64,000 nucleotides of DNA from positions 273,564 to 337,563 of the forward strand of contig CP011214.1 of the NCBI GenBank assembly GCA_001029755.1, in the 5' to 3' direction. This document shows positions 18,746-27,248 of this stretch, piece by piece. The stretch's first letter is position 1. Every line of letters starts with the position of its first letter. The notes beneath the pieces were generated by a model that had not been told where the DNA came from, searched no databases, and was given only the letters and a program-made list of their open reading frames with translations. The DNA is from Candidatus Woesebacteria bacterium GW2011_GWF1_31_35. Lineage in GTDB: Bacteria > Patescibacteriota > Microgenomatia > UBA8517. The position numbers were made by a program, and so were the translations under genes.

Positions 18746-19336
18746 TTAACTAAGACCCTTAATTTTATTAATAATTTCAGTTGATGAAGTTGGATTTAAA
18801 AAGTCAGGCACAGTTCTTTCTACTTTTTTAAAATTAATCCCTAAATTGCTACAAAGTTTGGCTTTTATATCAATTGCCGAATCATCACTATTGATGACAA
18901 AAACATCAGGGTTTAGTAACTTTAATACTTTCCCAAAATCAACCTTTCCTTCTCCAATCTCTCTATTATTTAAAATTACATAGTCAACATCTTTGTATGA
19001 AGCTACTAAATACGCTCTATTCATTTCTGGATTAATTGGCCTACCTTCTCTTTTAAGTGTTTTTAAAGTTGAGTCTCTTCCTATACCCATAACTACAATT
19101 ATTTCAGTGTCATTTAATAACTTTCCTTTTTCTAAGGCAACACCTTCACCAACTAAACGTAATTGTTCTGTAAAAATGGGGTGTCCAGGTTGAGCAACAT
19201 CCATACATCCAGTAGCAAAAACAATTATTGAATTAGGATTTTCAATCTTTATATTAGAAATCTCTTGAATTCCCTCTGGAGTTTCAGAATCAAAAATTAT
19301 TTCTTTATATTTTCCTACCCCTTGTTCTTTATGCAT
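18746..19336 (-). CDS. Nucleotidyltransferase (cytidylyltransferase-like fold) protein
   Basis: 196 aa. Rossmann-like N-terminus with ATGCMDVAQPGH, which approximates a GxFDxxHxGH motif. Confidence 0.35.
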   Translation of the reverse strand: MHKEQGVGKYKEIIFDSETPEGIQEISNIKIENPNSIIVFATGCMDVAQPGHPIFTEQLRLVGEGVALEKGKLLNDTEIIVVMGIGRDSTLKTLKREGRPINPEMNRAYLVASYKDVDYVILNNREIGEGKVDFGKVLKLLNPDVFVINSDDSAIDIKAKLCSNLGINFKKVERTVPDFLNPTSSTEIINKIKGLS

Positions 19337-19398
19337 ACAAAGTATTTTAGCAAAAAAATCTATAAATTAAAGTTTAAACTATAGTTTAAACCAACTAA

Positions 19399-19983
19399 AT
19401 GTTTTTATTAAAGAAAAATTATTGGGAAATATTAAAAACAAAAGAAAAAGGTTATGGTGTTTTTCTTAAGAAAAAGATTACAAAAGGAACAATTATTGGT
19501 GATTATATTGGAAAGGTAATCGAAACTTCCAAATATAACTTGAAAAATGATAAAAATGGACTTTATTTAATGTACTATACAGACAAAGCAGCAATTTATC
19601 CAAATCTTAAAAAACCTGGAATTCATCTTCTAAATCATTCTTGTAAACCAAACTGTTGGATTTATACATATTGTGGCCATACTTTATTTTTTGCAATTAG
19701 AAATATTAAAGCAGGGGAGGAACTTACTATTTCATATTTACTTCCCCCAAAAGATGCGACTTGTAATCCTTGTACCCACAATTGTAGATGTGGAAGTAAA
19801 ACTTGCACGGGTACAATGCATTTAACTAAAGAAAAATTTAAAAAATGGCAAAAATTTCAAGACAAAGAGAAGAAAAAGACCAAAATAGCTAAGTTTGTAT
19901 TTGGAAAAAATCTTCTAAAACTTAAACTATATCCAAAAATAATTCCCAATAACTCAATTTATAAGGTAATTACTTACCTTTGA
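19399..19983 (+). CDS. SET-domain protein (putative lysine methyltransferase)
   Basis: 194 aa. NHSCKPNC, ELTISY and a Cys-rich post-SET region (CNPCTHNCRCGSKTC). Confidence 0.65.
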   Translation: MFLLKKNYWEILKTKEKGYGVFLKKKITKGTIIGDYIGKVIETSKYNLKNDKNGLYLMYYTDKAAIYPNLKKPGIHLLNHSCKPNCWIYTYCGHTLFFAIRNIKAGEELTISYLLPPKDATCNPCTHNCRCGSKTCTGTMHLTKEKFKKWQKFQDKEKKKTKIAKFVFGKNLLKLKLYPKIIPNNSIYKVITYL

Positions 19984-20158
19984 GCATTGTATTGAATCTT
20001 TGAAACTTCATCTTCTGCTTCTTGTCTAATTTTAGCTGTTTCTTCGTCTGCAGCCTTTTGTCTTTCATATGAAGCAGTCTTATCAGCTTCATCTTTTGTT
20101 TTTTGTGCCTGCTGATCTATTGCTATTTTTTGTTGTTGTAAATTCATCATGGTAGATT

Positions 20159-20407
20159 TTATCCACGTACTAATAATCTACTTACAAAAATTACCAACAA
20201 TGAGCCTGCTACTGCTACCACAAAAGACATTACATTAAATCCAGTGACTCCAACTCCAAAGAACTTTTGTCCTAAGTATCCACCTACAACAGCTCCAATA
20301 ATTCCTAGAACAATTGATCCTAAAATGCCTCCTTGAGAACTAGGTGCAATAAAGTTTGCAATAGCTCCTGCTATAAGTCCAAAAACAATCCAATAAATTA
20401 TATTCAT
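20159..20407 (-). CDS. GlsB/YeaQ/YmgE-family small membrane protein
   Basis: 82 aa, Gly-rich TM repeats (GGILGSIVLGIIGAVVGGYLGQ). Confidence 0.5.
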   Translation of the reverse strand: MNIIYWIVFGLIAGAIANFIAPSSQGGILGSIVLGIIGAVVGGYLGQKFFGVGVTGFNVMSFVVAVAGSLLVIFVSRLLVRG

Positions 20408-20464
20408 ATTTATTCACCTCCTTTTTTTTACAATGTACTCTCAAAAACTAAACACACCAAGAGA

Positions 20465-20857
20465 CTAATCTTCTTGCTGTGGTTTACCAGAGAGTATTCG
20501 TATTAATTTAACAACTCCCCAAGCTAAAACAGCGTACACAATGATCGCGACTAGTGTTGATGGTTCAATAACTGATGTTGTTTCAATTCCTTGTGTAAAT
20601 CCTCTACGAAATATTCCCTCAAAAGGTAGAATAAAAATTCTAGTTATACCATAAATTAAACCTACAAAAGTACTTCCTAAACTTGCCCCCATTAACTTAA
20701 GAATAAGACGAAAAGCTAATAGTATTTCCAATATTCCAAATAGAAAATAGACAATATATTCAGTTGTTTGAGAATTAGTTGCTTCTTTTTTAACTGGAGT
20801 TACTACGCCAGTACTATCTTCCTTGGTTGTTACAGTTTCTTTTATAATTTCTGCCAT
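20465..20857 (-). CDS. YggT-family membrane protein
   Basis: 130 aa with YggT-like repeats of TM plus an R/K-rich loop. Confidence 0.4.
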   Translation of the reverse strand: MAEIIKETVTTKEDSTGVVTPVKKEATNSQTTEYIVYFLFGILEILLAFRLILKLMGASLGSTFVGLIYGITRIFILPFEGIFRRGFTQGIETTSVIEPSTLVAIIVYAVLAWGVVKLIRILSGKPQQED

Positions 20858-20898
20858 ACTTCATTCACCCCCTCATATATTTTTTACTAACGATTTTA

Positions 20899-21069
20899 TT
20901 ATCTAATTTCAACCCTTTTAATTATTGTTTCTTTGGGTAAATAGGCAATTAAAACTTTTTCTACTAGAGTAGTTAAACTTAATTCTTCAATAATAGCTTG
21001 AGCTTTAGCATGCTTAACGATGGAAGGATTAATAAAAAGAGTGATCCTTTGCTTATCTGTTGTTGTCAT
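20899..21069 (-). CDS. Small ribbon-helix-helix (CopG-like) DNA-binding protein, below the ORF-track size cutoff
   Basis: 56 aa read from the minus strand: MTTTDKQRITLFINPSIVKHAKAQAIIEELSLTTLVEKVLIAYLPKETIIKRVEIR. N-terminal beta-strand RITLFI followed by two helices, typical RHH. Confidence 0.35.
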   Translation of the reverse strand: MTTTDKQRITLFINPSIVKHAKAQAIIEELSLTTLVEKVLIAYLPKETIIKRVEIR

Positions 21070-21129
21070 ACTTCATATACTACAACTAGTTGTAGTACTT
21101 GTCAATAGATTATTTTATACCTAGGTTAG

Positions 21130-21591
21130 TTATGAATGGAGTTGTTTTAAAGCTTCATCAATCAAAAATACTTGATTTTTTCGAAGAAGTGGAAGTTTGT
21201 CTTGTGTAAAAAAACCATATTCTGATACTTCAGAGGTTGGGGCAAAATCTCCACCAATTAAAACTCCTATATAACACATATCCAGTCGGGCAGTATCACG
21301 ATCGGTACGAGTTTTAAGAGATTCATCAACACTTACGACTAATCCTGATTCTTCCTTAATCTCTCTTTCTAAGGCTTCGCGTGGATGTTCACCAGATTTT
21401 AAGTAACCACCAGGTAAACTCCAAGCATGGGACCTATATGTGTGTTTGAAAAGAAGAATTTCATTTTTATCATTAAAAATAATTCCAGTTACACCAACCA
21501 GAAATTGATCTTGAAAAAAACGCATGATAGATAACTGTAAGTTTTTAGGAAGATGAAGGGCTTGATAGATTTTAGCTAGTAGTCTTTTCAC
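21130..21591 (-). CDS. NUDIX hydrolase
   Basis: Nudix box GGYLKSGEHPREALEREIKEESGL. Confidence 0.7.
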   Translation of the reverse strand: MKRLLAKIYQALHLPKNLQLSIMRFFQDQFLVGVTGIIFNDKNEILLFKHTYRSHAWSLPGGYLKSGEHPREALEREIKEESGLVVSVDESLKTRTDRDTARLDMCYIGVLIGGDFAPTSEVSEYGFFTQDKLPLLRKNQVFLIDEALKQLHS

Positions 21592-21932
21592 AATGCATTT
21601 TGGTCTTCTGGTTCAACACTTTTACTGTGTTTTAGTTTTTCGTTTTCTAGTTCCAATTGGTGTACTCGTTTGGTTAACTCTAAAACCTCATCTTTATCCT
21701 TTTTAATTTCCTTATTTTTACCTCTAAGTTTTAAAGAAGTGGAAACTACATGTACAAGGTAAAGAATGTAAGAAAGAACAAGACCTATTAACAATGAACT
21801 CACAATTACGTAAAATAGGGGAATATCTTTAAAAACATACATACCTAAATTAACAGAAACTGGCATGAAATTAAATTTTGAGATATATACTAGGGTTGAC
21901 CCGACAATCAAAAATAAGATTAAAGTAAACAT
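21588..21932 (-). CDS. LapA/DUF1049-like membrane protein with C-terminal coiled coil
   Basis: 114 aa. Two TM helices then a K/E-rich coiled coil. Confidence 0.3.
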   Translation of the reverse strand: MFTLILFLIVGSTLVYISKFNFMPVSVNLGMYVFKDIPLFYVIVSSLLIGLVLSYILYLVHVVSTSLKLRGKNKEIKKDKDEVLELTKRVHQLELENEKLKHSKSVEPEDQNAL

Positions 21933-22053
21933 ACAATACTTTTATTATACATTATCTTTTACTTTAACAAGAAAAAGTAATAAATATTTAATAAAATTTT
22001 TATTTTTTTAATTATCGTTTGACAATACTTTTTAAAAAATTCATACTGAAAGG

Positions 22054-23136
22054 GTGATTCAAGGATTAAAAAGATTACATCTTATCCATTATAGGTGGAT
22101 TTTAGCTATTACATTAGTTATTTTTGTTACTGTTGGAGTTGTCCTTTTTGGAATAGATTCCAAATCTGCGGAGCAAGCTGTAACAAAAGCTACCCAATAT
22201 AAACTTCTAGTTATGGCCAGAGCCTCTGCTCGATCAACTGAGAGAATGCTTGCAATGTTTAAATTGGAACTAACTGTACTAGAAAGAAAAGAAGAGATTA
22301 AAAATCAGAATATAGTTGGGACTAGAAATTTATTGACAAATGTACTTACAACTGTCAATTTACCAATAGTTCATCAGTTGGGTCTAGTTTCTAAAGACGG
22401 CACTCTTTTGGTTATCGCCAATAAGGAAGGAAAAATAACGGGTCAGGGAGATTCTCTGGTAGATAGAAAATATTTTCAGTGGGCTAAGACTGCAAAAGAG
22501 GGAGAATTTTTTTTAAGTGAACCAATAATTGGCCGTGCAGGTAGTAATAAAGACAAATGGGTTGTAGTTTTGATTACTCCAATTATTGATAAAAGCGGAA
22601 ACTTTAATGGTGGTCTTTTTGCTTCAATCCGTCTGGAGGATTTAACAACCGGTTACATAGATGTATTGAAAGTTACTCCAACGACAGTTGGATATGTAAT
22701 TAATGAAAATGGCATAGTACTAAGTGGCCAACCTGAAGACTTGGTTGGATCAAATATCAAAGAATATGCACAGAAAGAAAAATGGAAGAGATATGAGACG
22801 TATATAAATGTAATAGATCAAATAGCCAAGAAAGAGGAAGGTGTTGGAGATTATTACTTTGCTGGAGTAGACAAAAAAGTTGAGAGATGGATTACTGGTT
22901 ATGCTCCAGCTCAAGTTGATGGAGATACAATAATGATTATCATAGCTGTACCTTTTGAATGGACATTGGGTCTAATTGCTGACTTTTATAAAAATCAAAT
23001 AATCTGGTTGATATTTTTAATTGTCATAGGATCATTAATTGCCTTCTTTTGGATAAGTGGTTTATATTTAGCCAGATATGATGGTTATAACCATGGACTT
23101 AAAGATGGAGCAAATTTTAAAAAAGGAAAAGATTAG
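22054..23136 (+). CDS. Two-TM membrane protein with a large extracytoplasmic (Cache-like?) domain, no output domain
   Basis: 360 aa. TM at about 15-35 and 305-330, with a ~270-aa domain between them. Confidence 0.3.
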   Translation: MIQGLKRLHLIHYRWILAITLVIFVTVGVVLFGIDSKSAEQAVTKATQYKLLVMARASARSTERMLAMFKLELTVLERKEEIKNQNIVGTRNLLTNVLTTVNLPIVHQLGLVSKDGTLLVIANKEGKITGQGDSLVDRKYFQWAKTAKEGEFFLSEPIIGRAGSNKDKWVVVLITPIIDKSGNFNGGLFASIRLEDLTTGYIDVLKVTPTTVGYVINENGIVLSGQPEDLVGSNIKEYAQKEKWKRYETYINVIDQIAKKEEGVGDYYFAGVDKKVERWITGYAPAQVDGDTIMIIIAVPFEWTLGLIADFYKNQIIWLIFLIVIGSLIAFFWISGLYLARYDGYNHGLKDGANFKKGKD

Positions 23137-23417
23137 GATTTAATTTTTCTAGTTCGACAGGAGGGACAGACTTCATGTATTTCCCCCATTGGGGCAGCTG
23201 TTGGGTCATTACAAATGTCGCATTTAACAATGTGATATCGACTTAGATCCAATATTTCTTTAGAAGAATTATCAAAATTAAAAATAACAAAGATAATTCC
23301 AATTTGAATTGCTGGAAGCCCCAAAATCATGCTCCAACCAGGAATTCGTAAAGAAAGTAACCATACTCCACCTGCAAAAAGTATCATCGGAGCGATGTAA
23401 CGACTAATTTGTTTCAC
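23133..23417 (-). CDS. Membrane protein with C-terminal zinc ribbon
   Basis: 94 aa. Two TM helices, then CDICNDP...CPSCR. Confidence 0.3.
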   Translation of the reverse strand: MKQISRYIAPMILFAGGVWLLSLRIPGWSMILGLPAIQIGIIFVIFNFDNSSKEILDLSRYHIVKCDICNDPTAAPMGEIHEVCPSCRTRKIKS

Positions 23418-23482
23418 AATTAATATTGTACACGAGTGATAAAAAAGTCAAATCCTTGGCTTCACAGATTAGTGTCTATGAG

Positions 23483-23944
23483 TTATTTCTGTAATTTTTT
23501 AGCCCAAACCATAGCTCTTTCCAATTCATTGTTTGCAAGGGGTCCTTCTTTGTTTGTAACAATAAATCCTTCAGGAGGGACAATTAAATTTCCGCCTTTA
23601 TCCTCTAGTATCTCTGCAATCTTTGGAGCAGCATAGTTAAAAGTTTTAATAATTATTTTCAAGACAAAATTTACGTTCTTTTCTCCGAATCTTGTGTCAA
23701 ACACTGCAACTTTAACTTTAGTTAGTTTTCCTGCTGGAATTTGATCTAAAAACTGTTGTAGTGGTACTGTAGCTCTACCTCCTTGGGTAGGGGAACCAAC
23801 TATAAGTAATGTTACATTGTTTAAATCTTCAAGATTGGTTTTACTTATTTGTAGAAGTTTTGCAGAAGGAATATTTTTTGCAATAGCTTGTGCTATTTTC
23901 TCTGTATTCCCAAATTGTGAATCATAAATAATTAATACTTTCAT
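23483..23944 (-). CDS. Flavodoxin
   Basis: 153 aa. MKVLIIYDSQFGNTEKIAQAI flavodoxin signature. Confidence 0.65.
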   Translation of the reverse strand: MKVLIIYDSQFGNTEKIAQAIAKNIPSAKLLQISKTNLEDLNNVTLLIVGSPTQGGRATVPLQQFLDQIPAGKLTKVKVAVFDTRFGEKNVNFVLKIIIKTFNYAAPKIAEILEDKGGNLIVPPEGFIVTNKEGPLANNELERAMVWAKKLQK

Positions 23945-24236
23945 ATTTTATTTTATATATATTATGGAAGAAAACCAAAATCAATCTTATTGACGTCCTG
24001 TGATTATATTAAATTGTTCTAGATTAATTTTACCTGAGGCTAAATCAACCCTAGCCTTTTTTATTGCATCCAAATTAATTCTCTATCTAGTTCTACCTGT
24101 CTTGGACTTTGGCTTTTATGACCAATAGTTGGTCTTTAAAGCTTTTTTTTGAGCTGCCTCAATCAATTTTGATGATTCTGACATATGTATATTATAAAAC
24201 TAAAATAAAAAACAATCTATTAGATATATATCTGGA

Positions 24237-24289
24237 TCGAGAATCGTAGCACTAATCTAACCACGCAATTATCTTGTATTTTCAAGGCT
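24237..24289. repeat. Repeat B copy 1: degenerate tRNA-Asn T-arm/3'-end-like element (~55 bp core)
   Basis: TCGAGAATCGTAGCACTAATCTAACCACGCAATTATCTTGTATTTTCAAGGCT, about 85% identical to 26228-26280 and partially to 25957-25982. Its reverse complement resembles the tRNA-Asn 3' half (GGTT..GTACGATTCTCGAGCCA vs GGTTCGAGTCCTACCGGGGGAGCCA). Confidence 0.6.
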
Positions 24290-24344
24290 CTCTTTGACTT
24301 TAGGCTTGTAGCTCAAATTAGGGAAGAAATAAAGAAAATAAAAT

Positions 24345-24713
24345 TTACAATGCAAGTAATTCCTTGAATACAAATTTTCCGCCTTGGGAGGGAAGCCCAA
24401 ATCTATTTACTTCATGGCTACCTGGTTTGAAGAGCAAAATTATTCCCATAATTACATTTGCAAGAGGAACAAAAACTAGTAGACTTAGCCACCCTGATTT
24501 ATCTAAATCATGTAGCCTTCGTGTAAATACGGAAAACATAAACAAAAATAACAAAAGAGACAATATTGTTGAAATAATATTTATTAAAGTATTACTGGGT
24601 GTCATTTTCATGATTTCACTTGCAAGCCAAAAGGCACCCCAAGACATCAAATTACCAACTAGATAAGCTAGCGAACCTATTCTTCCTGAATATAATCTTT
24701 TGAAAAAATCCAT
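24345..24713 (-). CDS. DUF805-family inner-membrane protein
   Basis: 122 aa. FTRRLHDLDKSGWLSL motif typical of DUF805. Confidence 0.55.
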   Translation of the reverse strand: MDFFKRLYSGRIGSLAYLVGNLMSWGAFWLASEIMKMTPSNTLINIISTILSLLLFLFMFSVFTRRLHDLDKSGWLSLLVFVPLANVIMGIILLFKPGSHEVNRFGLPSQGGKFVFKELLAL

Positions 24714-24769
24714 AATTTCAGTTTATGCTTTGTTAAATTAAAAACAAGTTGTCATACGATAATTTTGGG

Positions 24770-24812
24770 TATATTAAGTGCCAACTGGCCCCGCGCAATA
24801 GACGATGTTCGA
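24770..24812. repeat. Repeat A copy 1: pseudo-copy of the tRNA-Asn 3' end plus downstream flank (att-like)
   Basis: TATATTAAGTGCCAACTGGC (identical 20-mer also at 26208 and 27088) followed by CCCCGCGCAATAGACGATGTTCGAAC, which on the minus strand reads GTTCGAAC...CGCGGGGCCAGTTGGCAC, a decayed copy of the tRNA-Asn T-arm/acceptor 3' strand. Confidence 0.6.
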
Positions 24813-24819
24813 ACTTATT

Positions 24820-25860
24820 TTATTTCTGTGGAGAGTACTTGAAATTCACGTTATGTTGTTTAACAGGAAGCTGATATCCATCAGTTTCAAAAGGATAAGC
24901 AAGAACTCCGCTGGGGAAAATTGCATCAGGACTATAACTTTGCCAATAGAAGAACGAGCCAGGTTGAACAAGGTGAAGATGTATGTCCCCCCTTTGAATG
25001 TTCGGATTTACTGATGTATCCGGTACATCGAAGTAGAAGTCAGCAAAGGAGTGAGTACCAACACTACCCAATGCCGGTACAGTGCCAGCAAATCCAATTA
25101 GTTCCCCACGTTTTACCTTGTATCCGATTAGGGCACCGTATGAAGCTGCATTACTCGTGGGTGAAACCGAATAGTTTCCATCCCAAAATATTTGGTATCC
25201 CTGGGCTGGCGCTGCCATGAGGTCGTTACTTGCCCTTTGAGTGTGTCCGGTCAATAGAGGTGAGGTTAATAAGTGATATACAGTCAAATACACTCCCGGC
25301 CAATCAGGACTTGTAGACTCGAAAAATAATTTCACATCATCGGAATGGGCAGATATTCCTCCCGACACAATCTGGGTACTGGTATCTCGAAAGCCAACTA
25401 GCATCATATCGAATGGTGCGAGTACCGGCGAACCGCCTTTATAAGTTTCAAAACTCATGCCAGGCTTATGTTGGTAAGGTTTCCAGCCTGGGTGGCCACC
25501 AACCTTTGGGCCTAGTGTAATTATGTCAGGGTCAGCACCCGTACCATATAACTCTGTATGGGTATTAATACCATCCATACTGGGTGGTGGTAAAGTTATT
25601 GCAGATGCGCTTGTTTTAGGCACGCTTTGAATAGGTATTGTAGTTGACGTAAGGGCGGAAGTGGGTGTTGAAGTCGGGGCTATGGCGGTATTTTTTATTA
25701 ACAGATACACACCTGCTCCAACAATGATCAAAAATATAATTATGATTAAAATCAATTTCCATTTATTTTTAATGGTAGGAATTTTGCTAATTGGTTGTGG
25801 GTTTGGTTGAGTTACTGGAATTTCATTTTGAATAGGATTGGGCGGAATATTGGGATCCAT
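24820..25860 (-). CDS. Secreted/membrane-anchored protein, possibly an M23/LytM-like metallopeptidase; GC-rich foreign gene
   Basis: 346 aa. Pro-rich N-terminus, one TM, a Thr/Ser/Pro linker, and a domain with SAHSDD and GDIHLHLV (HxH-like). GC content of this gene is roughly 45-50% versus ~30% elsewhere in the window. Confidence 0.35.
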   Translation of the reverse strand: MDPNIPPNPIQNEIPVTQPNPQPISKIPTIKNKWKLILIIIIFLIIVGAGVYLLIKNTAIAPTSTPTSALTSTTIPIQSVPKTSASAITLPPPSMDGINTHTELYGTGADPDIITLGPKVGGHPGWKPYQHKPGMSFETYKGGSPVLAPFDMMLVGFRDTSTQIVSGGISAHSDDVKLFFESTSPDWPGVYLTVYHLLTSPLLTGHTQRASNDLMAAPAQGYQIFWDGNYSVSPTSNAASYGALIGYKVKRGELIGFAGTVPALGSVGTHSFADFYFDVPDTSVNPNIQRGDIHLHLVQPGSFFYWQSYSPDAIFPSGVLAYPFETDGYQLPVKQHNVNFKYSPQK

Positions 25861-25956
25861 GAATTAATCATTCCAGAAAGCAACAAGGAAGTCAATCTGA
25901 GGCTAATTTACTCCCGTGACGGTCTAAGCCATTTTATGATTATAGTCCTATCTTGC

Positions 25957-25982
25957 TCGAGAATCGTAACTCTAATATAACC
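25957..25982. repeat. Repeat B partial copy (TCGAGAATCGTAACTCTAATATAACC)
   Basis: Matches the 5' part of repeat B at 24237 and 26228. Confidence 0.45.
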
Positions 25983-25991
25983 TAAGAATTG

Positions 25992-26198
25992 TCACTTGTT
26001 TAAATCGAAATTTGAAAGAAATACAAGAACATCGTTCATAGGATTACTAGATGGTTTTGGCAATATTTGACAATGATAGCCTTGTTTTTGATAACTTACC
26101 CCAACACAATCCCATTGAAAATATCTTGAAGTTAAATTCATCCAAAGAACAAATAAGATAAACGCAGATAATAATAATAAACCAACTTTCTTCATCAT
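25992..26198 (-). CDS. Small secreted hypothetical protein
   Basis: 68 aa with an N-terminal signal/TM segment; weak call. Confidence 0.2.
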   Translation of the reverse strand: MMKKVGLLLLSAFILFVLWMNLTSRYFQWDCVGVSYQKQGYHCQILPKPSSNPMNDVLVFLSNFDLNK

Positions 26199-26207
26199 AT
26201 TTTATTA

Positions 26208-26280
26208 TATATTAAGTGCCAACTGGCTCGAGAATCGTACCACTAATATAACCATGCAATTATCTCATATTCTCAAGGCT
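26208..26280. repeat. Repeat A copy 2 fused to repeat B copy 2 (pseudo tRNA-Asn 3' half plus flank)
   Basis: TATATTAAGTGCCAACTGGC followed by TCGAGAATCGTACCACTAATATAACCATGCAATTATCTCATATTCTCAAGGCT. Confidence 0.6.
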
Positions 26281-26368
26281 TTTGAAGATTTCAAATTGGT
26301 GTCCCAAGTTCGGGAGGAAATAGAGAGAGTAAAAATAATTGAAAAAATTGTGATAACATAGAATATAT

Positions 26369-27046
26369 ATGGAAAATCAAGATATTCAAAACCCAACTCC
26401 AGAATCAACCTTAACTCCAGTACAAGTTTCTGAACCAAGAGCCAAATTCCCTGTCGTGTACTTAGTTTTGTCTTTATTTGTTCTTGTACTTTTAGCTTCG
26501 ACGGTGTTTCTTTATTATCAAAACATACAACTCAAAAATATGCTTGCTAGCTACCAAACTCAGCCTGTAGTTTCACCTACCCCAACCACATATCAATCTC
26601 CAATTCCATCAACCACGGCGGACCTAACCGCCAATTGGAAAATATACACTGATAGCAAAGTGGGTTTCAGCCTAAAATATCCGAATGGGTGGTCTTACAA
26701 ACTAGGTGATACAAATTCGACTACTGGCAATGTAATCTTTGACACAAATTTGGCAAGTGGCAACAAAAATACGAATTATATATTTGATGTTAGTCTCGAG
26801 ACTATGGACAATCTAAACCAGTGGACAAAATATTCAACAACAACAGCTCTCGGTTCTCAGACGGTAAATGGATTGTCTTTTGAAAAATATGTCGTTGCTG
26901 ACATGTATTATTCATTGAATTACATTCTTAAACAAAACGGAAAAATTCTTCGATTCCTTTTATACCCGTATGATTCTAATCAATATCCGACAGAGCTAAA
27001 AACCAATATTGATCAAGTCCTCTCCACTTTTAAATTTATCAATTAA
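26369..27046 (+). CDS. Membrane-anchored extracytoplasmic protein, paralog family member 1 (conserved C-terminal [DN]Q[IV]LSTFKFI)
   Basis: 225 aa. Short cytoplasmic N-terminus, one TM, Pro/Thr linker, ~130-aa C-terminal domain (WKIYTDSKVGFSLKYPNGW ... DQVLSTFKFIN). Paralogs at 39185..39910 and 44771..45484. Confidence 0.4.
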   Translation: MENQDIQNPTPESTLTPVQVSEPRAKFPVVYLVLSLFVLVLLASTVFLYYQNIQLKNMLASYQTQPVVSPTPTTYQSPIPSTTADLTANWKIYTDSKVGFSLKYPNGWSYKLGDTNSTTGNVIFDTNLASGNKNTNYIFDVSLETMDNLNQWTKYSTTTALGSQTVNGLSFEKYVVADMYYSLNYILKQNGKILRFLLYPYDSNQYPTELKTNIDQVLSTFKFIN

Positions 27047-27087
27047 GTTTTGACCAGCCATTTAAGTCTTAATGAAGCTGAACTTGG

Positions 27088-27107
27088 TATATTAAGTGCC
27101 AACTGGC
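27088..27107. repeat. Repeat A copy 3: the authentic 3' flank and last nucleotides of tRNA-Asn
   Basis: TATATTAAGTGCCAACTGGC overlapping the 3' terminal GCCA of tRNA-Asn (27104-27107). Confidence 0.6.
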
Positions 27108-27179
27108 TCCCCCGGTAGGACTCGAACCTACAACCTTATTCTTAACAGGAATCTGCTCTGCCATTGAGCTACAGGGGAT
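27104..27179 (-). tRNA. tRNA-Asn (anticodon GTT), CCA encoded
   Basis: Minus strand: acceptor TCCCCTG/CGGGGGA, D arm GCTC-AATGGCA-GAGC, anticodon loop CTGTTAA, T arm GTAGG-TTCGAGT-CCTAC, 3' GCCA. Confidence 0.8.
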
Positions 27180-27248
27180 TATTAATGTACAAACGTGATT
27201 ATATCAATTAAGGCCACTTTTTGAAACAGTGATATAATAATTTTTTAT

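Noticed and set aside
23944-24345. 400-bp ORF-free region considered for a small RNA or promoter
   Set aside because: No convincing secondary structure or conserved motif. The only notable content is the start of the tRNA-like repeat B at 24237, reported separately.
24770-27107. Repeated 20-mer TATATTAAGTGCCAACTGGC (three copies) considered as a CRISPR-like or REP-type repeat
   Set aside because: The spacing is irregular (1.4 kb and 0.9 kb) and there is no array. Each copy coincides with a decayed tRNA-Asn 3' end, so these are integration-site duplications, not CRISPR. No CRISPR array or cas gene is visible anywhere in the window.
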